Shown here: positions 40,130-49,230 of the stretch, one piece after another
How positions within the stretch are numbered: the first letter of the stretch is position 1
Layout of the letters: every line of letters begins with the position of its first letter
Origin: Candidatus Thorarchaeota archaeon
Lineage (GTDB): Archaea; Asgardarchaeota; Thorarchaeia; Thorarchaeales; Thorarchaeaceae
Assembly (NCBI GenBank): GCA_046482545.1
Contig: JAWOEX010000028.1
Coordinates: forward strand, 1-64,000
Direction: 5' to 3'
DNA: 64,000 nt
Made by a program: the position numbers and the translations under genes
Notes under the pieces: model-generated
What the model was told of the DNA's origin: nothing
Databases searched by the model: none
Seen by the model: only the letters and a program-made list of their open reading frames with translations

Positions 40130-40645
40130 TCAGGAAAGGGCCTCTTTTTCTCTCGATGAACGGAACCAAGGAATAGCACCGCCAGCATAGAGAATTTTCT
40201 TCATCAATGCAGGAAGAGGGTTGCCAGATAAGGTGGTTCCAGAATCTTTGATAGTCAATTGTGCTGATTCCAAGGAAATCTCGACCACCGAGCCGTCAGG
40301 GATAGAAGATGCTTCATCAAGCTGCATTATAGGCAATCCGATATTGATTGCATTTCGGTAGAATATTCGAGCAAATGACTCGGCGACTACGCAACCGACT
40401 CCCACTTCTTTCAGCACTTGAGGAGCTTCCTCTCTTGACGAACCCCCCCCGAAATTCTTGCCTGCAACAATGACATCACCCTTGTTTACTTCATCGGCGA
40501 ATTCGGGTCTCGGAATTTCCAATGTATGCTTCGCCATTTTCGAATAATCCAAGCATGTGAGATAGCGCCCTTGGATTATCTGGTCAGTATCGACATTATC
40601 GCCAAAAACCCATGCCCGGCCTTCTATGCTGTCATATTCTGTCAT
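40130..40645 (-). CDS. 3-isopropylmalate dehydratase / homoaconitase small subunit (LeuD/HacB family)
   Basis: GDNVDTDQII, NFGGGSSREEA, SFARIFYRNAINIGL. Confidence 0.93.
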   Translation of the reverse strand: MTEYDSIEGRAWVFGDNVDTDQIIQGRYLTCLDYSKMAKHTLEIPRPEFADEVNKGDVIVAGKNFGGGSSREEAPQVLKEVGVGCVVAESFARIFYRNAINIGLPIMQLDEASSIPDGSVVEISLESAQLTIKDSGTTLSGNPLPALMKKILYAGGAIPWFRSSREKEALS

Positions 40646-40647
40646 GC

Positions 40648-41919
40648 CTAAGACCTCCTCGGATCGGTAATCTCGCCCTCTAGGGCACTTGCTGCAACTG
40701 TCGCCGGAGAAGCGAGGTACACAAGAGAATCCTGATGCCCCATTCGCCCTCTGAAATTGCGATTGGTGCTAGATATGCTTACTTCACCAGCGCCCAGAAC
40801 ACCCAAGTGTCCACCAATGCAAGCTCCACATGTTGAATTAGTAATCACAGCACCTGCCCGCAAGAGGGTTTCGAGCATTCCTGATTGCATTGCCTTAAGG
40901 TATACCTCAGTACTAGCAGGAGTAACTATGAATCGTGTATCACAGTGGACTTCTTTGCCCTCAACGATTTCTGCTGCGATTTTCAAGTCCTCTAATCTTC
41001 CGTTCGTACATGAGCCAATGAAAGCCTGATCCACCGGTTGCCCCTCCACCTCGGAAACTGGTTTCCCGTTAGATGGACTGTGTGGTGTGGCGACAAACGG
41101 TGCTAACGGTTCGCCTTCAAGGTCAACTGTGAGGTTATCAACATATTCAGCATCGTCGTCAGGTTCTATCGGTGACCACTTAGCATCAGGTGCCCTTTGA
41201 CCAATCCATTTGCGAACTGCTGAATTAGCGGTCATCATAGTGCATTTTGCACCGGCTTCAACGCCCATATTGCACATTGTCATTCTCGAAGCAACAGACA
41301 TCGAGTCTATCAGGGAGCCAAGGATTTCAATTGATTGATAATTTGCGCCATCAGAACCAAGTTCCGCAATTATCTTGAGAATCAGGTCCTTGCTCATGAC
41401 TCTCTCCGACAGCTCCCCTGTTATGTCTATACGAATGGACTCAGGCACTCTGAACCAATTGCGCCCAGTGGCGGCGATAATTGCACTATCGGTAATAGCA
41501 AAACCGGTCGAGAAAGCATTGAACGCTCCATAGGTTGTAGTATGAGAATCTGAACCGACAATCAAATCTCCGGGTTTCACCAGTCCTTTCTCCGGAAGAA
41601 CCTGATGTGCTATTCCGCAATTCACATCGCAGAAATTACTTATTTCTTGGTCTTTCACGAATTGCCTGATTCTGCTATGCATCTCCGCAGTGCTTGCATC
41701 TGGAGCTGGAGACCAATGATCATTCGCAACCAAGATACTTTCTGAATCCCAGACTTCCTCGACCCCCATCTTGCCAAGAACAGGAATGATCCTTGCTAGC
41801 GCCTCGTTGACCATCAGGAAATCAACATCCGCAATAACAGTCTCACCAGCTCTTGCTTTTCCAGATTCCGTGTGATCTGCAAGTATCTTTTCAGCAAGTG
41901 TAAGGCCCAGTATTTTCAC
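40648..41919 (-). CDS. 3-isopropylmalate dehydratase / homoaconitase large subunit (LeuC/HacA family)
   Basis: DSHTTTYGA, GSCTNGR, CGACIG, NRNFRGRMG, LASP. Confidence 0.93.
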   Translation of the reverse strand: MKILGLTLAEKILADHTESGKARAGETVIADVDFLMVNEALARIIPVLGKMGVEEVWDSESILVANDHWSPAPDASTAEMHSRIRQFVKDQEISNFCDVNCGIAHQVLPEKGLVKPGDLIVGSDSHTTTYGAFNAFSTGFAITDSAIIAATGRNWFRVPESIRIDITGELSERVMSKDLILKIIAELGSDGANYQSIEILGSLIDSMSVASRMTMCNMGVEAGAKCTMMTANSAVRKWIGQRAPDAKWSPIEPDDDAEYVDNLTVDLEGEPLAPFVATPHSPSNGKPVSEVEGQPVDQAFIGSCTNGRLEDLKIAAEIVEGKEVHCDTRFIVTPASTEVYLKAMQSGMLETLLRAGAVITNSTCGACIGGHLGVLGAGEVSISSTNRNFRGRMGHQDSLVYLASPATVAASALEGEITDPRRS

Positions 41920-43067
41920 CCCTCAGTATTCATTGCGTTAATGACGGCATCGCTCACATCCTTGGTTGTTGAAGGTTGAATTTTCTTCCACTCCCCTCTA
42001 CACAAATCTGGTGTACGAATTTTCCCTTTCTTCAGCACATCTTCCACTGCATCCTTGATGACAATAGATGCCTCTCTGCACCGTTTATCATTCCGTTTTG
42101 AGCCAAGCCAATCGTACAGCATTGATACAGAGAGAATGGATGCAATTGGATTAGCCGTATTCTGTCCCGCGATATCAGGAGCTGAACCATGCACCGGTTC
42201 AAACATGGCCTGTGTCTCTCCAATGTTCCCTGACGGTGCCATACCAAGACCACCCTGAAGTGCTCCTGCCAAATCGCTGATAATGTCTCCAAACATGTTC
42301 GGGGCTACAAGCACATCATAGAATTCGGGCTTAGTTAATGCCCAGAGGGTCCAGGCATCTACATAGGCAAAATCGGGTTCGATGTTCGGATATCTTTTGG
42401 CTGTTTCTTTGAATACAGTCCGGAAAAGATCACACCCAGCAAGCATGTTGCTCTTGTCGACACATGTTACTCGGCTCCGCCCATCTAGTGGGGCACCGTT
42501 ACGCTGGCTGCAGGAATCGAAAGCGTACTTGATAATCCGGGTTGAGCCTTTCTTAGTAATCACACGAGAATCCACTGCGACTTCTGTTTCTCCACCCCTT
42601 TTCAGAGCTCCCCGGGTAGGTGCATATAGGCCCTCGGTATTCTCCCTTATTACAAGCATATCGATATCCTTGTGACTTTTCTCAGCCAAAGGCGTGGGGA
42701 CACCCTCGTAGAGCTTAGCAGGACGATGATTAGCATAAAGGTCAAGTTCTTGTCTTAGGCCAATTACTATGTTATGACCAGCATGCTTTCCATCAGGCAG
42801 TCTAACTGGTTGGCCCTTCGAGTCAAAGGCTCCGACAGCACCAAAGAGAATCGCATCTGCTTCTGTCTTCGTGAACTTCTCAGCTTCACTAGACCATTCT
42901 CGACCCTGTTTTGCATAGATTTCGCCGCCTACAGAGAATGATTGCTCTTCAATAGTGAATCCTCCCACTATTGATCGGGCTTCACGCATGGCCCGTACGG
43001 CCTCAGGAATCACCTCTCTACCTATACCATCTCCTGGAAGCACGGCCACTTTGTACGTTCTAGCCAA
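41916..43067 (-). CDS. Isocitrate/isopropylmalate-family decarboxylating dehydrogenase
   Basis: [43 protein letters not shown]. Confidence 0.93.
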   Translation of the reverse strand: MARTYKVAVLPGDGIGREVIPEAVRAMREARSIVGGFTIEEQSFSVGGEIYAKQGREWSSEAEKFTKTEADAILFGAVGAFDSKGQPVRLPDGKHAGHNIVIGLRQELDLYANHRPAKLYEGVPTPLAEKSHKDIDMLVIRENTEGLYAPTRGALKRGGETEVAVDSRVITKKGSTRIIKYAFDSCSQRNGAPLDGRSRVTCVDKSNMLAGCDLFRTVFKETAKRYPNIEPDFAYVDAWTLWALTKPEFYDVLVAPNMFGDIISDLAGALQGGLGMAPSGNIGETQAMFEPVHGSAPDIAGQNTANPIASILSVSMLYDWLGSKRNDKRCREASIVIKDAVEDVLKKGKIRTPDLCRGEWKKIQPSTTKDVSDAVINAMNTEG

Positions 43068-43269
43068 TCCTAATCACCTTCATTTTCTCCAAACAAATGA
43101 ATACACCATTGAACGAGACTTTCTTAACCATAAGGGGGACGGATTTATACTCTTTATGTTGAAATCGATCTCCATCGTCCCTTCAGCTCCAATATGCTGA
43201 TAAGGGTTAGCTGAATTCAAACTAAATGAGCAAAGCATTTTGCAAACCAATATCTAGGTGGATTAAGCT

Positions 43270-43449
43270 GTGTCCGAAATTCCCATGCCCGATGACTACG
43301 TTCCAACTGAAGGAGAGGAAGATGAAGAAGAAGGATTCTGTGATCGTTGCTGCGAGTGTTGGTGCCAGCTCATTGGAATAATCATTCTTGTTGCTTTGTT
43401 CTTAGTGATTATGTCTGCGCTTTTCGGTCGAGGTATGTTTGGGTTTTGA
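43270..43449 (+). CDS. 59-aa acidic, cysteine-string, single-TM microprotein (below the ORF-track cutoff)
   Basis: GTG start after an AGGTGGA SD. Translates as MSEIPMPDDYVPTEGEEDEEEGFCDRCCECWCQLIGIIILVALFLVIMSALFGRGMFGF*. Confidence 0.7.
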   Translation: MSEIPMPDDYVPTEGEEDEEEGFCDRCCECWCQLIGIIILVALFLVIMSALFGRGMFGF

Positions 43450-43686
43450 TTAATCAGTCATTTTACATCGCATTAGAAGAATTGACGTAGCTCTTTATCT
43501 TAACAAGGTCTCGAAGAAAAGCACTTAGGAGTACGGGTCGAGACATTTCTAGTGGGTACAGGTGGAGCAATCTTGATGTATCTCATTTCCGTATACACTG
43601 GTGCATCGCCGTAGAAGCGATATACACTCAAGAGGTGCAAGTTTTACAAAAATCCTAAAAAATCTTGGTGCAGAAGTGTAGAAGAT

Positions 43687-44161
43687 CTGTAAGATTTCCT
43701 GCAAGCCCGTTTCGGGCAACAAACGAGAGGAGTTTATCAGGTCTAGTACGGAACCCGGGTCCAGTAGGACTAGGCAAGTGGGCTAGTGCTGTGCACGACG
43801 CACGCGGCCGAAGGCTGTGAGGAAGACCCCGTCTTCTAAGCAGAAGTCCTCACTCTCCAAACAAAGGTCCTCATCAGGCCCTGGAGAGTCCGCGGCTGTT
43901 CGCTTTGTCCAACTGGACCTGTCCAGCTTTGGTGACGAAGCCGGGCAGAGCGATAATAACCCCGCCGTGGCAAAAGCTGCGGGAACACTCGTTGCCCCCG
44001 GATGTGATGTATCCGGGTCAGGGCAGGAGACAGAAGCCGAGACCGCAAGAGGGACCGTGTCCTGATGATGGCGGCCAAAGTCTTTGCTTGGCCGGGGGTA
44101 GCGCTCCGGTATGGCGGCGACGCTGGGCAGGGGAAGGGTGGAACACAGGAGTCTCATGCAG
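43687..44161 (+). ncRNA. Large structured non-coding RNA candidate (~475 nt), family unassigned
   Basis: 61% GC over 43741-44160 versus AT-rich flanks. Terminal helix 43687-43701/44146-44161, more than 10 consecutive hairpins, GNRA loops, and G-U pairs that only work on the + strand. Confidence 0.75.
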
Positions 44162-44262
44162 TTGCTAAAACTGTAAGAAACGGGTTATCAAGAGAGAGTT
44201 ACATATAGTGATGCTTTAATAATCTACTAGGGGACGCATATGCAATAGAATGAGGCCTTTTC

Positions 44263-45180
44263 ATGTCCAGGACGAGAGAAGACTTCAAAAAGGCTTTTAA
44301 TCAAAGACTCAAAGCAGCAACAGAAGATGAGCTCCGGATTGTTATAAAGGAGCAATATAGAGAAGCATTTGATGTACTTACAGATTGTGAAAACGCAGGC
44401 CTCATACCGGGAATCATTGGCCCGCCTGGTGTGGGAAAAACTTTGCTTCTTAGAGCATACGCAAAAGAAAGTGGTAGGGATTTCCACTGGGTGACAGGTG
44501 ATGAAGGAGTCCGCCCATCGCATCTTGTGGGATCCTATAATCCCGCGCTGGTTTTGGACAGCGGTTTCAACCTCGATTCGTTCGATCCTGGCCCGTTATT
44601 GAAGTGCATGGTTTTCGGCGGGGTATTTGGATTGAATGAAGCGAATCGACTACCAGAGTATGTGCAAAACTCACTTCTAGAACCGCTTGAAGAAAGGATG
44701 GTTAGTGTTCCGAGAATTGGACGCATTGTCGCAGACGAAGAGTTCTTTGCAGTATTGACCATGAACCCCGAAGAGATGGCCGGAGCCCATAGACTGAGCG
44801 AAGCACTCAGGGACAGGATTCGTGTATGGATTCGCCTAGGATATCCAAGAAAGGAAACAGAAATTGAAATTGTAAAAGTCAACTGCCCGGAATACAAGCT
44901 ATCAGACCATATGCTTGAAACTATTTACAACCTCGTATCTTCTACCAGACAATCCACCGATATCGAAATTCCCGCATCGATTAGAGCAGGGATTTCTATT
45001 GCTAGGCTATCTGCTGAGATGGGAGAGAGAAAAGGGCAGAAGGAAATAACTCATACTACACTCTCTGAAGCAGCAAACTATGTACTTAGTGGAGCGCTTA
45101 GATTCAGACCAGGTGTTGATTCCGAAAATGCTGTAAACCGCATTATTAGGTCAACCATTGGAGGGAGAGAGGTTAGCTAA
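44263..45180 (+). CDS. MoxR-family AAA+ ATPase (CoxD-like)
   Basis: Walker A GPPGVGKT, Walker B variant LNEANR, LTMNP, LSEALRDR, LGYP, ASIRA (sensor II). Confidence 0.92.
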   Translation: MSRTREDFKKAFNQRLKAATEDELRIVIKEQYREAFDVLTDCENAGLIPGIIGPPGVGKTLLLRAYAKESGRDFHWVTGDEGVRPSHLVGSYNPALVLDSGFNLDSFDPGPLLKCMVFGGVFGLNEANRLPEYVQNSLLEPLEERMVSVPRIGRIVADEEFFAVLTMNPEEMAGAHRLSEALRDRIRVWIRLGYPRKETEIEIVKVNCPEYKLSDHMLETIYNLVSSTRQSTDIEIPASIRAGISIARLSAEMGERKGQKEITHTTLSEAANYVLSGALRFRPGVDSENAVNRIIRSTIGGREVS

Positions 45181-45182
45181 TA

Positions 45183-47672
45183 ATGGGTGCCAAAGCGAAA
45201 ACAGACCCCATTCCCAGTTTGGTTGTCGAATTCGCACATGAGTTCGTTATTCGTATGAGAGCACGTCATGACATTGTTGAGAAACCAAGCATAAGACAAA
45301 CCGAATCTATTCCGCGATTCTTGAGCGCCCGCTATTTCAAACAGGGCAAACTCAGTCTCGATGATCTAGTTGAAGCAGCCGTATATACAACATTCCCAGG
45401 AGATCAAAAAATAGCAAGAGACGTAGCTGAAGACATTGTACTTGGGCGTGAAGAAAAGGAAGAAGCTGTTCCATCGCCGCGACCTCAAAAAAAGAAGGCG
45501 AAAGAAGCAGCAAGCTCAGATTCACTTAGAGACGTTATCAAGACCATACTGCGAGAACAAGAGCTGTCCAATCAAATTGAATCCGACAAGATAGCAGACG
45601 GCTATAGCTATCTACGAGAACTGAAGAAATCAGGCAAGAATGAATTATTTGATTCGGCCACTGATTATCTAACGGAAGGGGACATAGTTTTACGTGGCAT
45701 TTCAAGTGACACTCAATTAAAACAGCAAGCATCACAGGAACTCCTAGAAAGACGTGGGGGGCTCAGCTCCAGGGATATCCAGAACTCGAAAACTTTGGGC
45801 AGTCTAGATGAGGTCTGTAAATCGCACAGCCGCGCTGAATCCCTAGCAGCAAAGGCATTACGCGGTGATTCGGATGTATCGAACAAATTCAGGGACTTAG
45901 CTGGACGAGATCCTGCAACCGCAGCTCGAGCTTTGTCTCATATGAGAGACATTGGAGCTCCAAAAGAGGCTACTCAGGATTCCATGAAGCAGAACCTAAT
46001 TGACTCAGTTCGCAATCTTGAGGAGATGGCTTCTTATGCATCTAATCTCAGTGAATTACCCGACAACAGCGATTCTCACCTTCAATCGGCCCCACAGGAA
46101 TTCCCCATTGCAGAAGCGCTTAGAATGGCAGAACGAATCAAGCAACATACAAAACAATCCCTTCAGGATCAATTGATGAAAGAATACGATTCTCAGTTCT
46201 CGCAGGGTGCTTCAAGAAATGTTGATAATCAGCAGCTTGCGAGAAATTCCATGTCAGGATGTCACTGGAAGAACTTGGTTAAGAAAGTCACAGATAGGAC
46301 AATAGGGCAATCTGCCTCACGCTCAGCTCCTAGTGAGTATCTTCTCAAGAAGCTGGCACAGCAATACAAGCTAAGCAAAGAGCTATCATCTGATTGTAGG
46401 ACTACTTGGAAGGACCAAATGCAACAGATAGCCGATGAAGCCATTTCTCATTCACAGTCAAAAGCACATATGAGAAGGAATGTGAGAAGGTCACGAAGAA
46501 TGGATACCAATCCCTCAGACGAATCCATTCGTCAACGAGGTAAGGAGCTAGGAATGAGCGAGAATGAGATTCTTGAACTTGTTAATCCTTCCTTTGAAGC
46601 TGCAAAGAAATTGATTAAGAAAGGCGTAAAGGATTTCGACAGACTACATGGACTGATATCATCAGCGGGACTCACTTCTTCTCAGCTCCAAGAACTAGCT
46701 GAATTGGCAAACCAAATGGGGAGTGCGTCAGCCCTAGGAGCAATCGGACAACTGAATCTTCCAGCTGCACTCGGAATGGGGCGTCCCGGCAGAGAACCTA
46801 ATGAAGAAAGAGCTAATATGGTGCTGAGAGGATTGCTTGGGGGACCCGCGACCAACATCCTGCGAACATGGTATACCTACCGAGACAGCCTTCCACCAGA
46901 CTTCAAGAAAAAGCTGAAACAGATTGCACGACGTCTTTTGATAGACTTGGGGAAGAATTCTGCCCGATCTGTTCTTGGGTCCTCAACTCTAGGAGGCATT
47001 CAACCATCAACGACAGTTCGTCCATTCCGAATTGGGGATGATATCGATCTCATAGATTTGGAGGAAACGCTCTCGTACCTTTTGTCTGAAGGGCGCACAG
47101 ATTTCCGCACATTGCGACCGGATGATTTTCTAATCACAGAAACTTACCATGGTCACAGAGCGTTTTATTGGGCTCTTGATAAGAGCGGCTCGATGGATGA
47201 TTCTCAGAAACTAGGAATGATTTCAATTTCTGTCATGGCAGGTCTCTATGGCATACAAAAGGATGATTTTGGTGTTGTGTTATTTGATGATGCCACGCAC
47301 AAAGTCAAGGAAATATCTGATAAGATTAAATCAGTTGAAAAAGTGGCATCCGACCTTCTCGATCTCCGCGCCAGTGGTGGTACCGGTGGCTCCGGCTCCA
47401 TTCGTTTGGCTATCCAGAATTTCGAACAAACTAGGGCCAGAGAAAAAATATTTATTTTCTGCACAGATGTATATCTGAGTGACCAATCAGCATGCGTTGA
47501 CTTAATGGGCAAAGTAAAGAAGAAAGGGATAGACACAATTATTCTAGTGCCGGCAGGCCAGTACGACCATCAATCAGCGGAGCAATTAGCCAAGGCCTCC
47601 CACGGTGTTGTGCTGGATATCGATTCCATAGATGACTTGCCTAATAGACTACTGCGGCTCACGAGCTACTGA
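45183..47672 (+). CDS. Large VWA-domain partner of MoxR (AAA-lid-like N-terminus, long helical middle, C-terminal VWA)
   Basis: VRPFRIGDDIDLIDLEETL, MIDAS DKSGSM, GGT, FCTD. Confidence 0.88.
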   Translation: MGAKAKTDPIPSLVVEFAHEFVIRMRARHDIVEKPSIRQTESIPRFLSARYFKQGKLSLDDLVEAAVYTTFPGDQKIARDVAEDIVLGREEKEEAVPSPRPQKKKAKEAASSDSLRDVIKTILREQELSNQIESDKIADGYSYLRELKKSGKNELFDSATDYLTEGDIVLRGISSDTQLKQQASQELLERRGGLSSRDIQNSKTLGSLDEVCKSHSRAESLAAKALRGDSDVSNKFRDLAGRDPATAARALSHMRDIGAPKEATQDSMKQNLIDSVRNLEEMASYASNLSELPDNSDSHLQSAPQEFPIAEALRMAERIKQHTKQSLQDQLMKEYDSQFSQGASRNVDNQQLARNSMSGCHWKNLVKKVTDRTIGQSASRSAPSEYLLKKLAQQYKLSKELSSDCRTTWKDQMQQIADEAISHSQSKAHMRRNVRRSRRMDTNPSDESIRQRGKELGMSENEILELVNPSFEAAKKLIKKGVKDFDRLHGLISSAGLTSSQLQELAELANQMGSASALGAIGQLNLPAALGMGRPGREPNEERANMVLRGLLGGPATNILRTWYTYRDSLPPDFKKKLKQIARRLLIDLGKNSARSVLGSSTLGGIQPSTTVRPFRIGDDIDLIDLEETLSYLLSEGRTDFRTLRPDDFLITETYHGHRAFYWALDKSGSMDDSQKLGMISISVMAGLYGIQKDDFGVVLFDDATHKVKEISDKIKSVEKVASDLLDLRASGGTGGSGSIRLAIQNFEQTRAREKIFIFCTDVYLSDQSACVDLMGKVKKKGIDTIILVPAGQYDHQSAEQLAKASHGVVLDIDSIDDLPNRLLRLTSY

Positions 47673-48406
47673 CCACGTGGCACAAACCCCTTCTGAGAGC
47701 CTAGCGTCTTCTCGCGTATATCTGAAATCCACAGTCTGTATGCGCAGGGATATTCAGTATCACGTAATTCGATGAAACGCCTTGAGAAGAGCTGCCTCAT
47801 GACCCTCATGAATCTATAGAAAGGTGTTCCTTGCTCAACAATCTCTGCGATACAGTTGATTTCATAGCTTAACCAAGATGGTGTGCCATTGGTAAACCAA
47901 GAAAAATGCAGGGTCACACGTGGATTCCTCATGATATTTTGATAGGTTCGGTCACCATACATTTCAGCTATACCGAAACGGAATAGGTCAACCGCAGTTT
48001 CATCAAGGTAGAGACTTCGGTAAAGTGCTATCCGATCATCAATAGTATCTTCAAATGGCTTACCATGTATCGTCAGTAAATCCCCTTCCAGATTATCAAT
48101 TCTTTCTCGTATTTCATCATCTTTGAGGGTAAGTCTCACGATCTTCGTTGCGGTGTTTATTGGGAATGGTTTATCTCTATCAAATGTGACCAAGGTTGGC
48201 TTCATGACAGTCGATTCCCAAATATTTTCAAACAGCATAGTCCTATGACCGGGAACTTCAACAGCATTCAGCATAGCTGAATAGAGGGGTTTCGGTATTG
48301 GGTTCAGCGGAAAGCCCAATGTGACGGTCTCGTCAGTAACTACTATTCTGCGAGATTCGCGGTCTACAAGGTGCACTCCTGAAGTGGGTTTTTCTGGCAA
48401 CCCCAT
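47666..48406 (-). CDS. Pyridoxamine 5'-phosphate oxidase-like (split-barrel flavin-binding) protein
   Basis: PTLVT...PINTA and RTYQNIMRNPRVTLHF. Confidence 0.6.
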   Translation of the reverse strand: MGLPEKPTSGVHLVDRESRRIVVTDETVTLGFPLNPIPKPLYSAMLNAVEVPGHRTMLFENIWESTVMKPTLVTFDRDKPFPINTATKIVRLTLKDDEIRERIDNLEGDLLTIHGKPFEDTIDDRIALYRSLYLDETAVDLFRFGIAEMYGDRTYQNIMRNPRVTLHFSWFTNGTPSWLSYEINCIAEIVEQGTPFYRFMRVMRQLFSRRFIELRDTEYPCAYRLWISDIREKTLGSQKGFVPRGQ

Positions 48407-48558
48407 TTGTCTCCTTTGTTCACATATAGAATCTTATTTGTTTAAAATCCCTTCCTCCAAGCCAAGCGTAAGCAACATAACACCAGACTAGCAAATCAAA
48501 TAAGGCCCCAAAGAATAGTACAGATTACAGAATACCTTGAAAGGTTTGGAATCATACC

Positions 48559-48831
48559 ATGATAGAAGCTCTTGAAATAACGGGGGATGCTGATTTAGTA
48601 GAGATAGACCCGGACCAAGCAAGGACCGAAACTGATCGTGTCTTGGTGTTTATTGACCACGAAGACAAAACCATTTACTTGTGGCGAGGGAACAAAGCAA
48701 GCTTATTCAAGAAGCTCAGCGGTACCCGGGTAGCAGCGAAACTTAGTCACACCTATCCCAACTACAGAATCAAGCCCATTGCAGAAGGAAATGAACCGGC
48801 TGCGTTCAAGAGACTATTCAAAAGGCGGTAG
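48559..48831 (+). CDS. Single-domain gelsolin-like protein (Asgard ProGel/1DGel type)
   Basis: VLVFIDH...IYLWRGNKAS...K...VAAKL...IAEGNEPAAF matches the gelsolin-repeat consensus (WxG, EGxExxxF). Confidence 0.82.
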   Translation: MIEALEITGDADLVEIDPDQARTETDRVLVFIDHEDKTIYLWRGNKASLFKKLSGTRVAAKLSHTYPNYRIKPIAEGNEPAAFKRLFKRR

Positions 48832-48896
48832 TTCCGCATATGTGGACGGGTTGGCGACCTGCACACTGGTAGATGCTCCGAAGCGGGGTAAGGTAC

Positions 48897-49157
48897 ATGG
48901 CCATTGACTTGCGGGCATATCTTCGTCTTATTCGTAACATAACGAGGGGTCTTATTAGCCGAACAAAAATCATAGCCGCCCTAAAGTATGATGAATGGAA
49001 GACGGTCTCCGAGATAGCTGATGGACTTGATGTCGGGCCAAGTACAGTGAGATACCACCTCAAGAATATGCGAGAGGAAGAAATTGTCAGGAAAGAAGAA
49101 GACGGTCCTGGCTGGTGTCTGGAGGAAAGGCAAAAGAAAATCACCGATTTTAGGTAA
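48897..49157 (+). CDS. ArsR-like winged-helix protein
   Basis: RTKIIAAL...KTVSEIADGLDVGPSTVRYHLKNM. Confidence 0.82.
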   Translation: MAIDLRAYLRLIRNITRGLISRTKIIAALKYDEWKTVSEIADGLDVGPSTVRYHLKNMREEEIVRKEEDGPGWCLEERQKKITDFR

Positions 49158-49230
49158 GAAATGATTATCCCCCAGAATCCATGCATCGATTTTTAGGGAC
49201 TAGTATCAAGTTGACTGATGTGAATTGATT

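Noticed and set aside
43504-43614. Startless hydrophobic frame (LGVRVETFLVGTGGAILMYLIS) faintly like MgtC
   Set aside because: No start codon, too short, and the similarity is too weak to call a pseudogene.
43817-44161. RNase P, SRP, cobalamin riboswitch or hammerhead identity for the RNA (GAGGAAGACC, ACAGAAG, CAGGAGAC, CTGATGA fragments)
   Set aside because: The fragments are partial, out of order or buried in local stems. No P4 partner, SRP helix-8 loop or GAAA hammerhead core was found. A cmscan is still needed to exclude a divergent member.
43783-44168. Four overlapping ORFs (80-124 aa) in the GC-rich island
   Set aside because: Low-complexity Ser/Arg/Pro/Ala translations on both strands with no motifs. 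They are the expected by-product of high GC; RNA structure explains the region better.
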